64,000 nt of DNA from an uncultured Actinomycetota bacterium (lineage in GTDB: Bacteria; Actinomycetota; Actinomycetes; Propionibacteriales; Nocardioidaceae): assembly GCA_963707755.1 (NCBI GenBank), contig CAVPRC010000008.1, forward strand, positions 191,903 through 255,902, written 5' to 3'. Positions within the stretch are counted from its first letter, which is position 1. Every line of letters starts with the position of its first letter. Below are positions 37,137 to 47,179 of the stretch, in pieces. The notes beneath the pieces were generated by a model. The model ran no database searches, was not told the origin of the DNA, and worked only from the letters and a program-made list of their open reading frames with translations. The position numbers and the translations under genes are program-made.

Positions 37137-38327
37137 TCAGTCGAACAGCCCGCCGATGGCGCCGCCCACCGCTCCGGCCGCGTCACCGATCGCACCGCCG
37201 GTGTCCTCGACCGCGTCCCACCCGGCGTCGACGGCCTCGCCGACATCCGGGCCGTTCTCGAAGAGCGAGTCGATCGCGCCGGAGGTGAAGATACCCACCC
37301 CCGCGCCGACGATCGCCCCGGTCGCCGTACCCACGCCCGGAATCGGCACGAAGCTGCCGATCACCGCGCCGGTCGCTGCGCCGGCGCCGACCGAGGCGAG
37401 GAAGCCGCCGGTGCCGGAGGCGACGGCCTGCACCGGGTCCTTGCCGGTGGCGATGTCGTAGCCGATGCCGGCCGCGGCCAGGACCCCACCCGCCTTGAGC
37501 GGCAGCGTCTTGCTGCCGGACTTGAGCGCGTCGGCCTCCTTGGCGAGGTCGTCGGCTGAACCGGCGAGCTTCTTGGCGTCGTCGAGGTCCTGGTACCACC
37601 GCTGTCTGCCGACCGCCGACGGGTCGGACCTCAGCGCCCGGTCGAGGTCGCGGATCGCCTGGCTCTTGAAGGTCTGCGAGGTCTGCCGCAGGGCGCTGGA
37701 GTTGAACTCCATCCGGGCGCCGGCGAGGCCGCCCACCACGTCGGCCGGGTTGAGCAGCCATTGGGCGCCGGACAGGCCGCGGTACTTGTCGGCCAGCCCC
37801 TGTCCGGCCGCCTTCAGGTCGCTGCGGACCGCCTCGGCGTCGGCGACGACGGTGTTCCAGGCACGGATCTTGTCCTGGTGCGCCTCGTAGGCTGCCACCG
37901 CGGCGTCGTGCGCATCGATGGCCTGCACCGGGGTGTCCGCCGTGACCGTCATGGGTCCCGGACGCGCGGGGCCGGCACCTGGGTTCTCGATGACGTAGCC
38001 CTGCACGGTCAGACCTGCGGCGGCCGCGGCCTCGCGGATGTCGGCCATCCGGTGCTGGGCGCTGCGCAGCGAGCCCGCGTAGGTGTCCAACGACAAGCCC
38101 ACGTCCCTGGCCGAGTCGGACAGGTCGTCGCTCTTACGCGACGCGCCCCGCATCGAGGACGCGAACGCGCCCCCGGCCGGACCGTCCCAGTCGGACTCGG
38201 CGTCGCCACGTGCCGAGCTCAGTGCGTCGGACGCGCGCACCACCGCGGGTGCCAGCGTGCCCGAGAGCCAGTGCCCGGCGGCCTCGATGGAGGCGGGGGC
38301 GCCCTTGACCTCGGTGTCCAGGCTCAC
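37137..38327 (-). CDS. LXG/T7SS-signal-like N-terminal domain protein with C-terminal glycine-zipper membrane domain (putative secreted toxin)
   Basis: N-terminus IEAAGHWL...DWDGPAGGAFASSM...SLDTYAGSLRSAQHRMADIREAA is helical and WXG/LXG-like. C-terminus GVLAAAGIGYDIATG...GGFLASVGAGAATGAVIGSFVPIPGVGTATGAIVGAGVGIFTSGAI. Start could be anywhere from 38327 to 38399. Confidence 0.6.
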   Translation of the reverse strand: MSLDTEVKGAPASIEAAGHWLSGTLAPAVVRASDALSSARGDAESDWDGPAGGAFASSMRGASRKSDDLSDSARDVGLSLDTYAGSLRSAQHRMADIREAAAAAGLTVQGYVIENPGAGPARPGPMTVTADTPVQAIDAHDAAVAAYEAHQDKIRAWNTVVADAEAVRSDLKAAGQGLADKYRGLSGAQWLLNPADVVGGLAGARMEFNSSALRQTSQTFKSQAIRDLDRALRSDPSAVGRQRWYQDLDDAKKLAGSADDLAKEADALKSGSKTLPLKAGGVLAAAGIGYDIATGKDPVQAVASGTGGFLASVGAGAATGAVIGSFVPIPGVGTATGAIVGAGVGIFTSGAIDSLFENGPDVGEAVDAGWDAVEDTGGAIGDAAGAVGGAIGGLFD

Positions 38328-38331
38328 CGCG

Positions 38332-38616
38332 TCACCGCACCCACGGGCCACGCAGGCCGTCGGCGGAACGTTGGTCGGTACCGACGTACGACGCCGCACT
38401 CGCCCCCACCTGGGAGCCCGCGGCCGAGAGACCCTCGGAGAGGCCGCCGGCGCTTTCGCAGACCCGGCTGATCGTCGAGCTGATCAGCGAGGACAGGTCA
38501 CCGCCGTCCACGCCGGAGGGTGCCGAGCCGCCGCAGTCCTCCAGCCCGCCGGCCGCCTTCACCAGCACGCCCTGGATGCGCTCGAGGGTGGCGAGGTCGA
38601 CGTCGGTGCCGCTCAC
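38332..38616 (-). CDS. small helical protein, EspC/type VII secretion target-like
   Basis: 94 aa from GTG 38616: SGTDVDLATLERIQGVLVKAAGGLEDCGG...ISRVCESAGGLSEGLSAAGSQV. The GTGA overlaps the upstream stop. Confidence 0.5.
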   Translation of the reverse strand: MSGTDVDLATLERIQGVLVKAAGGLEDCGGSAPSGVDGGDLSSLISSTISRVCESAGGLSEGLSAAGSQVGASAASYVGTDQRSADGLRGPWVR

Positions 38617-38900
38617 GACGCGCCCCCGTCTGCCGGCCGCGGCCGCATGTCGAGGAAGACCAGGTCGTAGGGCTCGTCGTCGTGGGCGCGCTGGAGGTCC
38701 TCGATGGTCAGCAGCGCCCACGGAGCGTCCGGCCGGTAGAACTCGTGCAGGCGGTCGATGGCGGAGTAGACGAACAGCGCGGTGCGGCCGTCGTTGGTCT
38801 CCACCAGCTCCAGACGCCGGGCGTCGTCGCCCGGCCGTGTGGTCGTCGGCGCGTAGACCACGGGTGGGAACTCCCGTCGCCCGTCCCCCGTGTCGGCCAT
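38613..38900 (-). CDS. SAV_915/SseB-like family protein
   Basis: MADTGDGRREFPPVVYAP...LELVETNDGRTALFVYSAIDRLHEF...PWALLTIEDLQ...PYDLVFLD fits the SseB-like N-terminal domain pattern. Confidence 0.55.
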   Translation of the reverse strand: MADTGDGRREFPPVVYAPTTTRPGDDARRLELVETNDGRTALFVYSAIDRLHEFYRPDAPWALLTIEDLQRAHDDEPYDLVFLDMRPRPADGGAS

Positions 38901-39019
38901 CGTGTCCCCCGGTCCCCTCGTCGTCGCGGTGCGGCCGAGCCTAACAACGACGCGACCGGCGGCGGTCGGGTTACCGTGGCGACGAGGGTGCAACGGCGCG
39001 CCCTCGGGAGGGAGCCGAC

Positions 39020-40697
39020 GTGCTGTCCGACATCGAGATCGCCGATCGGGCCGAGCTGCACAAGATCGTCGACGTCGCCCGTGACGAGCTGGGCATCCCG
39101 GAGGAGCACCTGGTGCCCTACGGGCACCACAAGGCCAAGGTCGACCTGCGCTACCTCACGTCGCTCGACCGTCCGTTGGGCCGGCTCATCCTGATGACGG
39201 CGCTCTCGCCCACCCCGGCCGGCGAGGGCAAGACCACGACGACGGTCGGCCTGACCGACGCGCTGCACGGGCTCGGGCACCGGTCGATGGCCTGCCTGCG
39301 TGAACCGTCGATGGGCCCGGTGTTCGGGATGAAGGGCGGCGCGGCCGGCGGCGGCTACTCACAGGTCGTGCCGATGACCGACATCAACCTGCACTTCACC
39401 GGCGACTTCGCGGCCATCGCCGCCGCGCACAACCTGCTGTCGGCCCTCATCGACAACCACGTGCACCACGGCAACGACGCTCGACATCGATGTCCGGTCG
39501 CTCACATGGAAGCGGGTCATCGACCTCAACGACCGCGCGCTGCGCGGCCTGGTGGTCGGTCTGGGTGGGGTCGGCAACGGCTTCCCGCGCGAGGACGGCT
39601 TCGACATCGTGGTCGCCTCCGAGCTGATGGCGATCTTCTGCCTGACCGAGTCGTGGGCCGACCTCAAGCGCCGCATCGGCGACATCGTCATCGGCTACAC
39701 CCGCGGCAAGGCGCCGGTGACCGCGCGCGACCTCGGTGCACACGGCGCGATGACCGTGCTGCTGCGCGACGCGCTGGCGCCCAACCTGGTGCAGACGCTG
39801 GAGCACGCACCGGCGTTCGTGCACGGCGGGCCGTTCGCGAACATCGCACACGGCTGCTCCTCGGTGATGGCCACGCACGCAGCCCTGCGGCTCGCCGACT
39901 ACGTGGTGACCGAGGCGGGGTTCGGCGCGGACCTCGGCGCGGAGAAGTTCGTCGACATCAAGTGCCGCAAGTCCGGGCTGCGTCCCGACGTCGCGGTCGT
40001 GGTGGCGACGGTGCGGGCGCTGAAGTACCACGGCGGCGTAGACCTCGCGGACCTCGGCACCGAGGACCTCGACGCGCTCGAGGCCGGGATGGCGAACCTG
40101 CGCCGGCACCTGCACAACATCCGAGAGGTCTACGGCGTGCCGTGCGTCGTGGCTGTGAACCGCTTCCCCACCGACACCGACGCCGAGATCGACCGGGTCG
40201 TCCGGCTCGTCGCGGACGAGGGCGTGCGGGCGTTCCCAGCGACCCACTTCGCCGACGGCGGGGTCGGGGCCGAGTCGCTGGCGAAGGGTGTCCTCGACGT
40301 GCTCGACCAGCCGTCGCCGTACTCCTTCTCCTTCACCTACGACGACGACCTCTCCCTGACCGCGAAGGTCGAGACGGTGGCGGCACGGTTGTACGGCGCC
40401 CGCGAGGTCACGTGGGACGGCAAGGCGCGACGGAGGCTCCAGCGGATCGAGGCGGACGGGTACGGGACGCTGCCGGTGTGCATCGCCAAGACGCAGTACT
40501 CGTTCTCGACCAACCCCACGATGCGGGGCGCGCCGTCCGGCCACGAGCTGCACGTGCGTGAGGTGCGGCTGGCCGCGGGCGCCGGCTTCGTGGTGATGGT
40601 GTGCGGCGACGTGATGACGATGCCCGGGCTGCCGAAGCGACCCGCCTGCGACCACATCGACCTCACCGACGACGGCGTGATCCTCGGGCTCTCCTAG
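39020..40697 (+). pseudogene. fhs: formate--tetrahydrofolate ligase, frame broken near 39478
   Basis: LSDIEIA...[16 protein letters not shown]...[12 protein letters not shown]-like block ends at HHGND. It continues in the 39552 frame: LDIDVRS...[15 protein letters not shown]...[12 protein letters not shown]. Confidence 0.85.
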
Positions 40698-40854
40698 CGC
40701 GTGTTGGGAAAGGCTGCGTCCGTAGCAGGCGTGGCATCCGCGCCCGGTCCGGCAAGGCGGAGCCGCGAGAGCGCAGCGTGCTGCGCCGAGCGGCGAGAAC
40801 GCCGCCGGTCGGGATGCGGGGCCGCGGACGCGGACGCAGAGTTGACCAACACGC
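40698..40854. repeat. long palindromic element, family 2
   Basis: Fills the spacer between the convergent fhs and yihY-like stops. Outer inverted repeat gcgtgttgg / ccaacacgc. Inner inverted repeat ctgcgtccg / cggacgcag. Confidence 0.5.
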
Positions 40855-40856
40855 AC

Positions 40857-41924
40857 CTAGGGCGGCGCATCCTGGTCCTCGTCCCGCTGGCCGTCCGCCG
40901 GCGGGTGTGACCCGTCGGGAGAGGCGTGTGCCTCCTCCGGAACCGGGCCCGACTCTCGCGGATCGAAGCTGACGCGCACGCGCTGGAACCCCTTGTGGCG
41001 CTGGGCTTTCGCGTAGTCGGCGTAGGCGCGGCGATCCGCCTCGGTCAGGTCGACGGAGTCGGTGAACGGCGTGAGCAGGGCGCGCGGGTAGAGCTGGCGG
41101 GTGAGCACCACGTTGACCTCGAGGCCGATCACGGCCATCACGGATGCGATGTAGATCAGCGCGAACAGACCGAGAACGAGCGCGAAGACGGCGTTCAGGT
41201 CGTCGGCCCGGGAGATCACCCGCGAGACGTACACGCCGCCGACCCACTGCAGCAGCTGCCACAGAACGGCGACCGTGACCCCGCCGGGGAGAACCTCGCG
41301 GAGGCGCTCGTCCTGGGATGTCGAGAGCCTCATCAGGAAGCTGACGACGAGCGCGTTGAGCGTGACCGTGGCGGCCACGAGGAGCACCTGCAGTTCCGTG
41401 TGCGCCTCGCCGAAGATGCTGAGGTGGCTGGCCGCGCTCGACAGCGTCGCGATCACCAGCACGGTCAGCCCCGCCAGGACCATCGCCACGAACGAGCGCA
41501 GCCGGCTGAGGATCGGGTTGAGCCGGCTGTTGCGCGGCACCGCCCAGGTGACGTTGGCGGCGTTCTGGGCGGCCAGTCCGAGACCCTGCACGCCGTAGAT
41601 CGCGGTCAGCGTCCCGATCACGACGGCCGACGCGCTGCCCTGCAGACCCTCGGGGGCCCCGAGCTGGGTGCCGACGATCGGGAACTGGCGGAGCGCCGAG
41701 GTGAGCAGCTCCTGCCGCAGCTCGGGGTTTCCGCGCAGGACGAGGCCGAGCACGGAGGAGGCGATCAGCAGCAGCGGGAAGATCGCGATGAAGGCGTAGT
41801 AGGTGATGATCGCGGCCAGGTAGTTGCCCTGGTCGTCGAAGAACTTGTAGGTGACCGCCAGCGGGAACGCGACGACCGGGTGACGCTGCTGGAACTCGTC
41901 GACGCGGTCGACCAAGGCGGCCAT
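40857..41924 (-). CDS. YihY/BrkB (virulence factor BrkB) family membrane protein
   Basis: YLAAIITYYAFIAIFPLLLI and six TM helices, with an acidic C-terminal tail. Confidence 0.8.
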   Translation of the reverse strand: MAALVDRVDEFQQRHPVVAFPLAVTYKFFDDQGNYLAAIITYYAFIAIFPLLLIASSVLGLVLRGNPELRQELLTSALRQFPIVGTQLGAPEGLQGSASAVVIGTLTAIYGVQGLGLAAQNAANVTWAVPRNSRLNPILSRLRSFVAMVLAGLTVLVIATLSSAASHLSIFGEAHTELQVLLVAATVTLNALVVSFLMRLSTSQDERLREVLPGGVTVAVLWQLLQWVGGVYVSRVISRADDLNAVFALVLGLFALIYIASVMAVIGLEVNVVLTRQLYPRALLTPFTDSVDLTEADRRAYADYAKAQRHKGFQRVRVSFDPRESGPVPEEAHASPDGSHPPADGQRDEDQDAPP

Positions 41925-41962
41925 GGCAGCACGCTACGTGCCTTCCGGCCCGCGGCGGGCCC

Positions 41963-43035
41963 TCAGCAGGTGGCAGCTTCGAGAGCCGGTGCGGAGACCT
42001 GCCTGACGGCCAGCCGCTTGGCACGAGCCTCGGCCCCCTTGCGGGCCTTGGCCCGGGCCGCCTTGCCGAGCGGCTTGCCGTGCTTGTCGGTCCTGGGGAC
42101 CCGGATCGGCTTGGTCGGCGTCAGCGTCTGGGTGTCCGACGCGCTCGCGGCCGGCACACAGGTCGGCGCACCGCTGAGCTGGTCGTAGACACCGTGCACG
42201 GCCGGGATGATGCGGTCGTAGTTGAGGCCCAGTCCCCCGACCACCGCGGCGGCGACGAGCAGGGCCACGAGGGACTTGATCCGGGACGCGCTCTCTCCGG
42301 ACTTCTTCCTCGCCTTGGCCGGCGTGACTCCGCGGGACGCCTGGTCGGCGGCCACCTGCGCCGCGGTCTCCTCGGCGGCGGCCATCGCGGCGGCCACCCG
42401 GCGGCTGCGGGCCGACGCGGGCTCGCGGTCGTGTCCGTCGACGCAGCGGCGGGCACGGGGGCCGGCTGCTCCGCGACGGGCTCCGGCTCCGGCTCGGGAC
42501 GCGCAGCGATCGGCTCGGGCCGCCACGGCGGCGTCACGACCGGCTCGGGCTGCGGCAGCCCGGCGGTCTGCAGGACGTGTGTGGCGTGCTTCACGTGCGA
42601 GGGCGGCAGCACGACCGGCGCCTCGGTGAGCGCGTCGACCAGGCTTGCCAGGCTGCAGATCCGGGCCTCCATCGCCCACTCCAGCAGCAGCTCCTCGCTG
42701 GTCACGCAGAGCACCGGGACGATCCACTCCGCGTAGGTGCCGGCGATGGTGGCCACGGCTACCGCGGCGTCCAGGCACGCCTCGGTCTCCCGCTCGCGGG
42801 TGACGCCGTTGGCGACGACGACGCCGTCCTCGACGCCGAACGGGCCGACCCACTCGGGGGCCACGACCACGAACACACCGCCGGGACCCACGACCACCTG
42901 GTCGGCCTCGGCCAGCTCCGGCACCAGGTCGTGCAGACCCGGGATCACGGTCCACCCGTCGGGCAGGATCTCCAGGAGCTCAGCGACCGTGGGCAGCGAC
43001 GACGTCAGCGTCGTGTCCGCCGAGTGCTTGCCCAT
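41963..43035 (-). pseudogene. NERD-domain protein with Pro-rich linker and C-terminal TM helix, frame broken near 42420
   Basis: ILPDGWTVIPGLHD...DQVVVGPGGVFVVV...VPVLCV is NERD-like (42121 frame). It continues as AAMAAAEETAAQ...IKSLVALLVAAAVVGGLG... in the 41963 frame. Confidence 0.65.
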
Positions 43036-43137
43036 CCCGTCTCCCCCAGGTCGATGTCCGAATTACGACGATACGGGCGGATCCTCGATCAGGGGCGAGA
43101 ACCGCGGATTTCCTCCGGGGCGTGACAGGCTGGGCGC

Positions 43138-43528
43138 ATGGGCGAGCACAACGTGCTGGGCGAGGACCTCGAGCCGTGCGGCACCGACCCGGTCACCGGC
43201 TTCTACCGCGACGGTTCGTGCACCTGTGGTCCCGAGGACATCGGCGTGCACGCGGTCTGCGCGGTGATGACCACCGAGTTCCTGGAGCACCAACGCTCGG
43301 TCGGCAACGACCTGAGCACACCGCGCCCGGAGTGGAGGCTTCCCCGGCCTGAAGCCCGGTGACCGGTGGTGCGTGGTCGCGGCCCGGTGGCGGCAGGCGT
43401 ACGACGAGGGCGTGGCCGCCCCGGTCGTGCTCGCCTCCACCCACGAACGGGCCCTCGACGTGATCCCGCTCGGGTGGCTGCGCGAGCACGCGGTCGACGT
43501 ACCGTCGGACCCGCGGTCGCTGGGCTGA
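43138..43528 (+). pseudogene. DUF2237-like protein, frame broken near 43335
   Basis: NVLGEDLEPCGTDPVTGFYRDGSCTCGPEDIGVHAVCAVMT...STPRPEW continues in another frame as FPGLKPGDRWCVVAARWRQAYDEG... Confidence 0.7.
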
Positions 43529-43532
43529 CCCG

Positions 43533-46325
43533 TCAGCCGGCGGCTTCGAGCGCGACCGTGCCGCCATGGAGCGTCCCGCCACCGGCGGCGTCGCACAGCA
43601 TCCGGCTGATCTGCTCGGGCGGGACCGGCCGGGAGAACAGGTAGCCCTGCCCCAGCTCACAGCCGAGCCCCGCCACGACGGCGAGCTGCTCGGGGGTCTC
43701 GATGCCCTCCGCGATCGACTGGAGGTCCAGCGACTGCGCCATGTGCATCACCGACCGGACGATCTTCTGGGTGTGCACACTGTCCACCACGTTGGCCACG
43801 AAGCTCCGGTCGATCTTGACCACGTCGGCGTCGAACCGGTCCAGATAGCGCAGTGAGGAGTAGCCGGTGCCGTAGTCGTCGACGGCCACCGACAGCCCGG
43901 TCGCGCGCAGCTCCTCGACCACGGTGACAGCGGTCTCGAAGTCCACGGCGAGCGACTGCTCGGTCAGCTCGATCACCACCTGGTCCGCGCCCACGCCGTA
44001 CGACGCGACCAGCTCGCCGACCCGTGCGGCGAACCCGGGCTCGTCGAGCTGGCGGACCGACACGTTCACGCCGACGGCGACCCGCTGCAGCGGTGCCTCC
44101 AGCTGCCAGGCGGCGAGCTGGCGACAGGACTCCTCGAGCACGAACCAGCCGAGGGTCTGGATCGAGCCACCGTGCTCGGCCATCGGGATGAACACGTCGG
44201 GCGGGACCGAGCCGAGGTCGGGGTGCTGCCAGCGCAGCAGCGCCTCGACGCCGCGCATCTCGCCGGACTGGAGGTCCACGATCGGCTGGTAGACGACGTG
44301 GAACTGGTCGAGCACCGGCTGGGCGACCTGCTCCTTGAGCTGCACCTGCTTGGCCGCGTCGAGCCGCGAGTCCCCCTCGATCAGCACGATGCCGCCCTTG
44401 TCCCGCGCCTTGGCCTCGTAGAGGGCGATGTCGGCGTGGGACAGCAGCGCCTGCGCGCTCTCGGACTCGTCGTCGTCGGCGAGCACCACCCCGACGCTGG
44501 TGCGGACGTTGAAGCGGCGGCCGCCGGCGACCACCGGCTGCTGGATCGCCTCCACCAGACGCTCGGCGACGGCCCGCACCTCCTCGGCGGTGCCGTGCAC
44601 GAGGTGGGCGAACTCGTCGCCGCCGAGCCGGGCCACGGTGTCGCCGGCCCGCACCAGGCCGGCCAGCCGCTGGCCGATCACGGTCAGCACCAGGTCGCCG
44701 GCGCCGTGCCCGTGCCGGTCGTTGATCACCTTGAAGTCGTCGAGGTCGAGCAGCAGCAGCCCGAACGGACGGTCGGGCCGCCGTACCAGCGCGTGCTCGA
44801 TGCGGTCCATCAGCAGCACGCGGTTCGGCAGCCCGGTGAGCGCATCGTGGTGGGCCTGCCGGAGCAGCCGGGTGGTCAGCTCGTGCCGCTCGCTCACGTC
44901 GTGCAAGGTCAGCACGGCCCCCTCGAGGGCGCGCTCGTTGAGCTGGCCGACGGCCTGCACCTCGAACCAGCCGTAGCTGTCGTCCAGACGCCGGACCCGG
45001 CACTCGACGAGGCCGTGCGACTCGGTGCCGTCCACCACCACCGGGCCGATCGTGGCCAGCACCTTGGGCAGGTCGTCGGGGTGCACCTGCGTGAGCAGCT
45101 CGTCCGCGGAGGGCAGCAGCGGCATGTGCCCGAGCGCGCTGTTCACCGCGGGGCTGCAGTAGGCGACGTGACCGTCGGAGCCGAGGACGATGATCACGTC
45201 GGAGAGGTTCTGCACCACGTCCTGCCACCACTGCTCGCGGTGCCGGAGCTCGGCGGTACGGCGGTCGACGGCCTGGGACAGGTCACGGGCCAGCGTCGTC
45301 TGGTCGGCCACCACCACGAGCTGGCGCAGTGCGATGCAGGTGCCCACCACCACGACGAGCCACCAGTGGTGGTGCCGGGTCACCGCCGCGGGCTCCGTCG
45401 CGCAGGCGACGACGGCCAGCCCGGTCGCCAGGGACGGGAAGAGCTGACGGACGAAGCCTGGTGCCTGACGCGCCGCGGCCAGCTCGGGGCGGGGCCGCAG
45501 GACCGCGGGTGCCGCACCGGCGAGGCCGACGAGCGCGAAGGCCGCGAACCAGCCGACGTCGAGCGGGCCGCCGGGGGTGAACGCGGCGTGCACGGTGCGG
45601 GAGACGTAGACGCTGTCGGTGAGCGAGAGCACCAGCAGGCCCAGGCTGAGCGGGATCCAGACCATCCGGCGGGTGTCGGGCAGCACCACGCAGCGGGCCA
45701 GCACGATGGCGGCGACCAGCCCGTCGACGAGCGGGTAGGCCAGTGCCACCATCCGGGCCGGGGTGGCGACGGGCGCGTCGTCGAGGATCGGGTCGAGCAC
45801 CAGCAGCGAGATGGTCAGCAGCAGGCAGCCGGCGATGACGACACTGTCCAGGCCCGACCGCCAGCGCGACCACAGGCTCCCGGCCGTCCGGGGGAAGCGC
45901 ATGATGCCGAGGGCGACCGGCACCGCGTAGCCGACGTAGCCGACGTCGGCCAGCGACGGGATCGGGGGGACGCTCCCGAACAGCACCTGGTACGTCGCGA
46001 AGGTGACCGACCCGACTGCCCAGGTCAGGCAGCCGACCGTGAGCCACCACCACGCGGTGTGCGTGGCGTGGTCACGGCGGTGTGCTCCCCAGCAGGACCA
46101 GGCGGCGTACAGCGGGGCGGCGACGAACACCAGCTCGCTGACGACCACCTCGGCACGCGGGGAGCCGACGTCGCTGAGCAGCCAGGCCAGGTAGGCGGCG
46201 CCGAACAGGGACACCAGCAGCGCCGTCCGCACGAACCCGCGCGCGCTCCCGCTTCCCCGCGTCGCACCACGGACACGCCCAAGACCGGTCCCCTCACCTC
46301 GGTGCCGACCAGAAGCATTGCGCAT
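43533..46325 (-). CDS. membrane-anchored PAS-GGDEF-EAL signalling protein (c-di-GMP turnover)
   Basis: About 9 TM helices, a PAS-like segment, RLGGDEFAHL (GGDEF), EALLRW and DDYGTGYSSL (EAL). Start at ATG 46325. Confidence 0.85.
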   Translation of the reverse strand: MRNASGRHRGEGTGLGRVRGATRGSGSARGFVRTALLVSLFGAAYLAWLLSDVGSPRAEVVVSELVFVAAPLYAAWSCWGAHRRDHATHTAWWWLTVGCLTWAVGSVTFATYQVLFGSVPPIPSLADVGYVGYAVPVALGIMRFPRTAGSLWSRWRSGLDSVVIAGCLLLTISLLVLDPILDDAPVATPARMVALAYPLVDGLVAAIVLARCVVLPDTRRMVWIPLSLGLLVLSLTDSVYVSRTVHAAFTPGGPLDVGWFAAFALVGLAGAAPAVLRPRPELAAARQAPGFVRQLFPSLATGLAVVACATEPAAVTRHHHWWLVVVVGTCIALRQLVVVADQTTLARDLSQAVDRRTAELRHREQWWQDVVQNLSDVIIVLGSDGHVAYCSPAVNSALGHMPLLPSADELLTQVHPDDLPKVLATIGPVVVDGTESHGLVECRVRRLDDSYGWFEVQAVGQLNERALEGAVLTLHDVSERHELTTRLLRQAHHDALTGLPNRVLLMDRIEHALVRRPDRPFGLLLLDLDDFKVINDRHGHGAGDLVLTVIGQRLAGLVRAGDTVARLGGDEFAHLVHGTAEEVRAVAERLVEAIQQPVVAGGRRFNVRTSVGVVLADDDESESAQALLSHADIALYEAKARDKGGIVLIEGDSRLDAAKQVQLKEQVAQPVLDQFHVVYQPIVDLQSGEMRGVEALLRWQHPDLGSVPPDVFIPMAEHGGSIQTLGWFVLEESCRQLAAWQLEAPLQRVAVGVNVSVRQLDEPGFAARVGELVASYGVGADQVVIELTEQSLAVDFETAVTVVEELRATGLSVAVDDYGTGYSSLRYLDRFDADVVKIDRSFVANVVDSVHTQKIVRSVMHMAQSLDLQSIAEGIETPEQLAVVAGLGCELGQGYLFSRPVPPEQISRMLCDAAGGGTLHGGTVALEAAG

Positions 46326-46695
46326 CGGACACCGATTTGTCCGAATTACCAACAAGCCCGCCGGGTTACCGGCGAGCCACCTCACCCCCCGGTGTCTTGA
46401 CTGGCACGCCGGATGGGTCATCCCGTTCCTTGTCACGCGGGGGCGAGGGGCTCCCCGGCGACGCAACGGGGGTTCCGATGATCTTCACCTGCGACACGTG
46501 CCAGTGCCCGGTCGGTCTCGACGAGGGCTTCTTCCGCTCGGTCAACCTGCGCCCGGTGGCGGTGGTGCCGGCCGTGCTGGTTCGCCAGGCGCGGCCTGCC
46601 GCTGCCCGCCCAGCGCCAGGCTCCCGCCGAGGAGAGCACATCGCCCACGGTCCGGCGGACCGGGCTGATCCGCCGCTGACGTCCGGACCTCCGGG

Positions 46696-47179
46696 TCAGG
46701 ACCGGCCGAGCAGGAGCCCGTCGACGCGCACCGATGCGCCGCTCGTGGTCCGCAACGTGACCCGTCCGGTCCGGGGTGCGGCCAGCAACGGAAGGTACTT
46801 CATCTGCTTGAAGCGGGTCGTGGTGCCGTGCGGCGGACGACCTGGCGGCGTACGGCCGCGCACTGGGCGGCGAGGTCGGAGGGGTAGTCGAGCTCGAGGC
46901 TCACCCGTACCCGGGCGATGTCGTGGTGCACGGTGACGGTCGCGTGCGGGGCGGCGCGCGCCCCGGGCGGATCCGGACGGACCCGGCGAGTCCGGCGGGG
47001 ACGCGCCGCGACCCCCGGCCGGCGGCGGCCCGCCCGGCTGCGCGGCGAGCGCCTCCCGGGCCGCCTGCGGCCGCGATCTTCGCGACGACCCGGTCGGCGA
47101 TCCGGGTCGCCCCCCGTTCGGCCGGCGGGGCACGCCGCGGCGGGGCTGCGCCCGTCGGCGTGCTCATCGCGGGCCTCAC
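46696..47179 (-). pseudogene. Asp23/Gls24-family (alkaline-shock) protein, several frame breaks
   Basis: ATG 47179 overlaps the upstream stop. ERGATRIADRVVAKIAA | QAAREALAAQPGG | ATVTVHHDIARVRVSLELDYPSDLAAQCAAVRRQV are read in three different frames. Confidence 0.5.

Noticed and set aside
38327-38399. Upstream extension of the toxin-like ORF (MRRRTSVPTNVPPTACVARGCGDA)
   Set aside because: It would overlap the preceding EspC-like gene by up to 68 nt. The GTG at 38327, 4 nt after that gene's stop, gives the usual coupled arrangement.
43052-43065. Shared 12-mer TGTCCGAATTAC upstream of the NERD gene (43054) and of the GGDEF-EAL gene (46339). The latter is embedded in the palindrome CGGACA-N6-TGTCCG.
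   Set aside because: In 64 kb on both strands, chance 12-mer repeats are expected in considerable numbers, and only two copies exist here. The palindrome at 46327-46344 may still be an operator, but I cannot support it beyond the sequence coincidence.
44172-46400. 742-aa + strand ORF
   Set aside because: It is antisense to the PAS-GGDEF-EAL gene.
46478-46679. Small Cys-rich ORF MIFTCDTCQCPVGLDEGFFRSVNLRP... with a GGGGG RBS
   Set aside because: In frame it runs on for 150 codons, antisense into the Asp23 operon. It ends sensibly (46679) only if a frameshift is assumed. No family was recognised.
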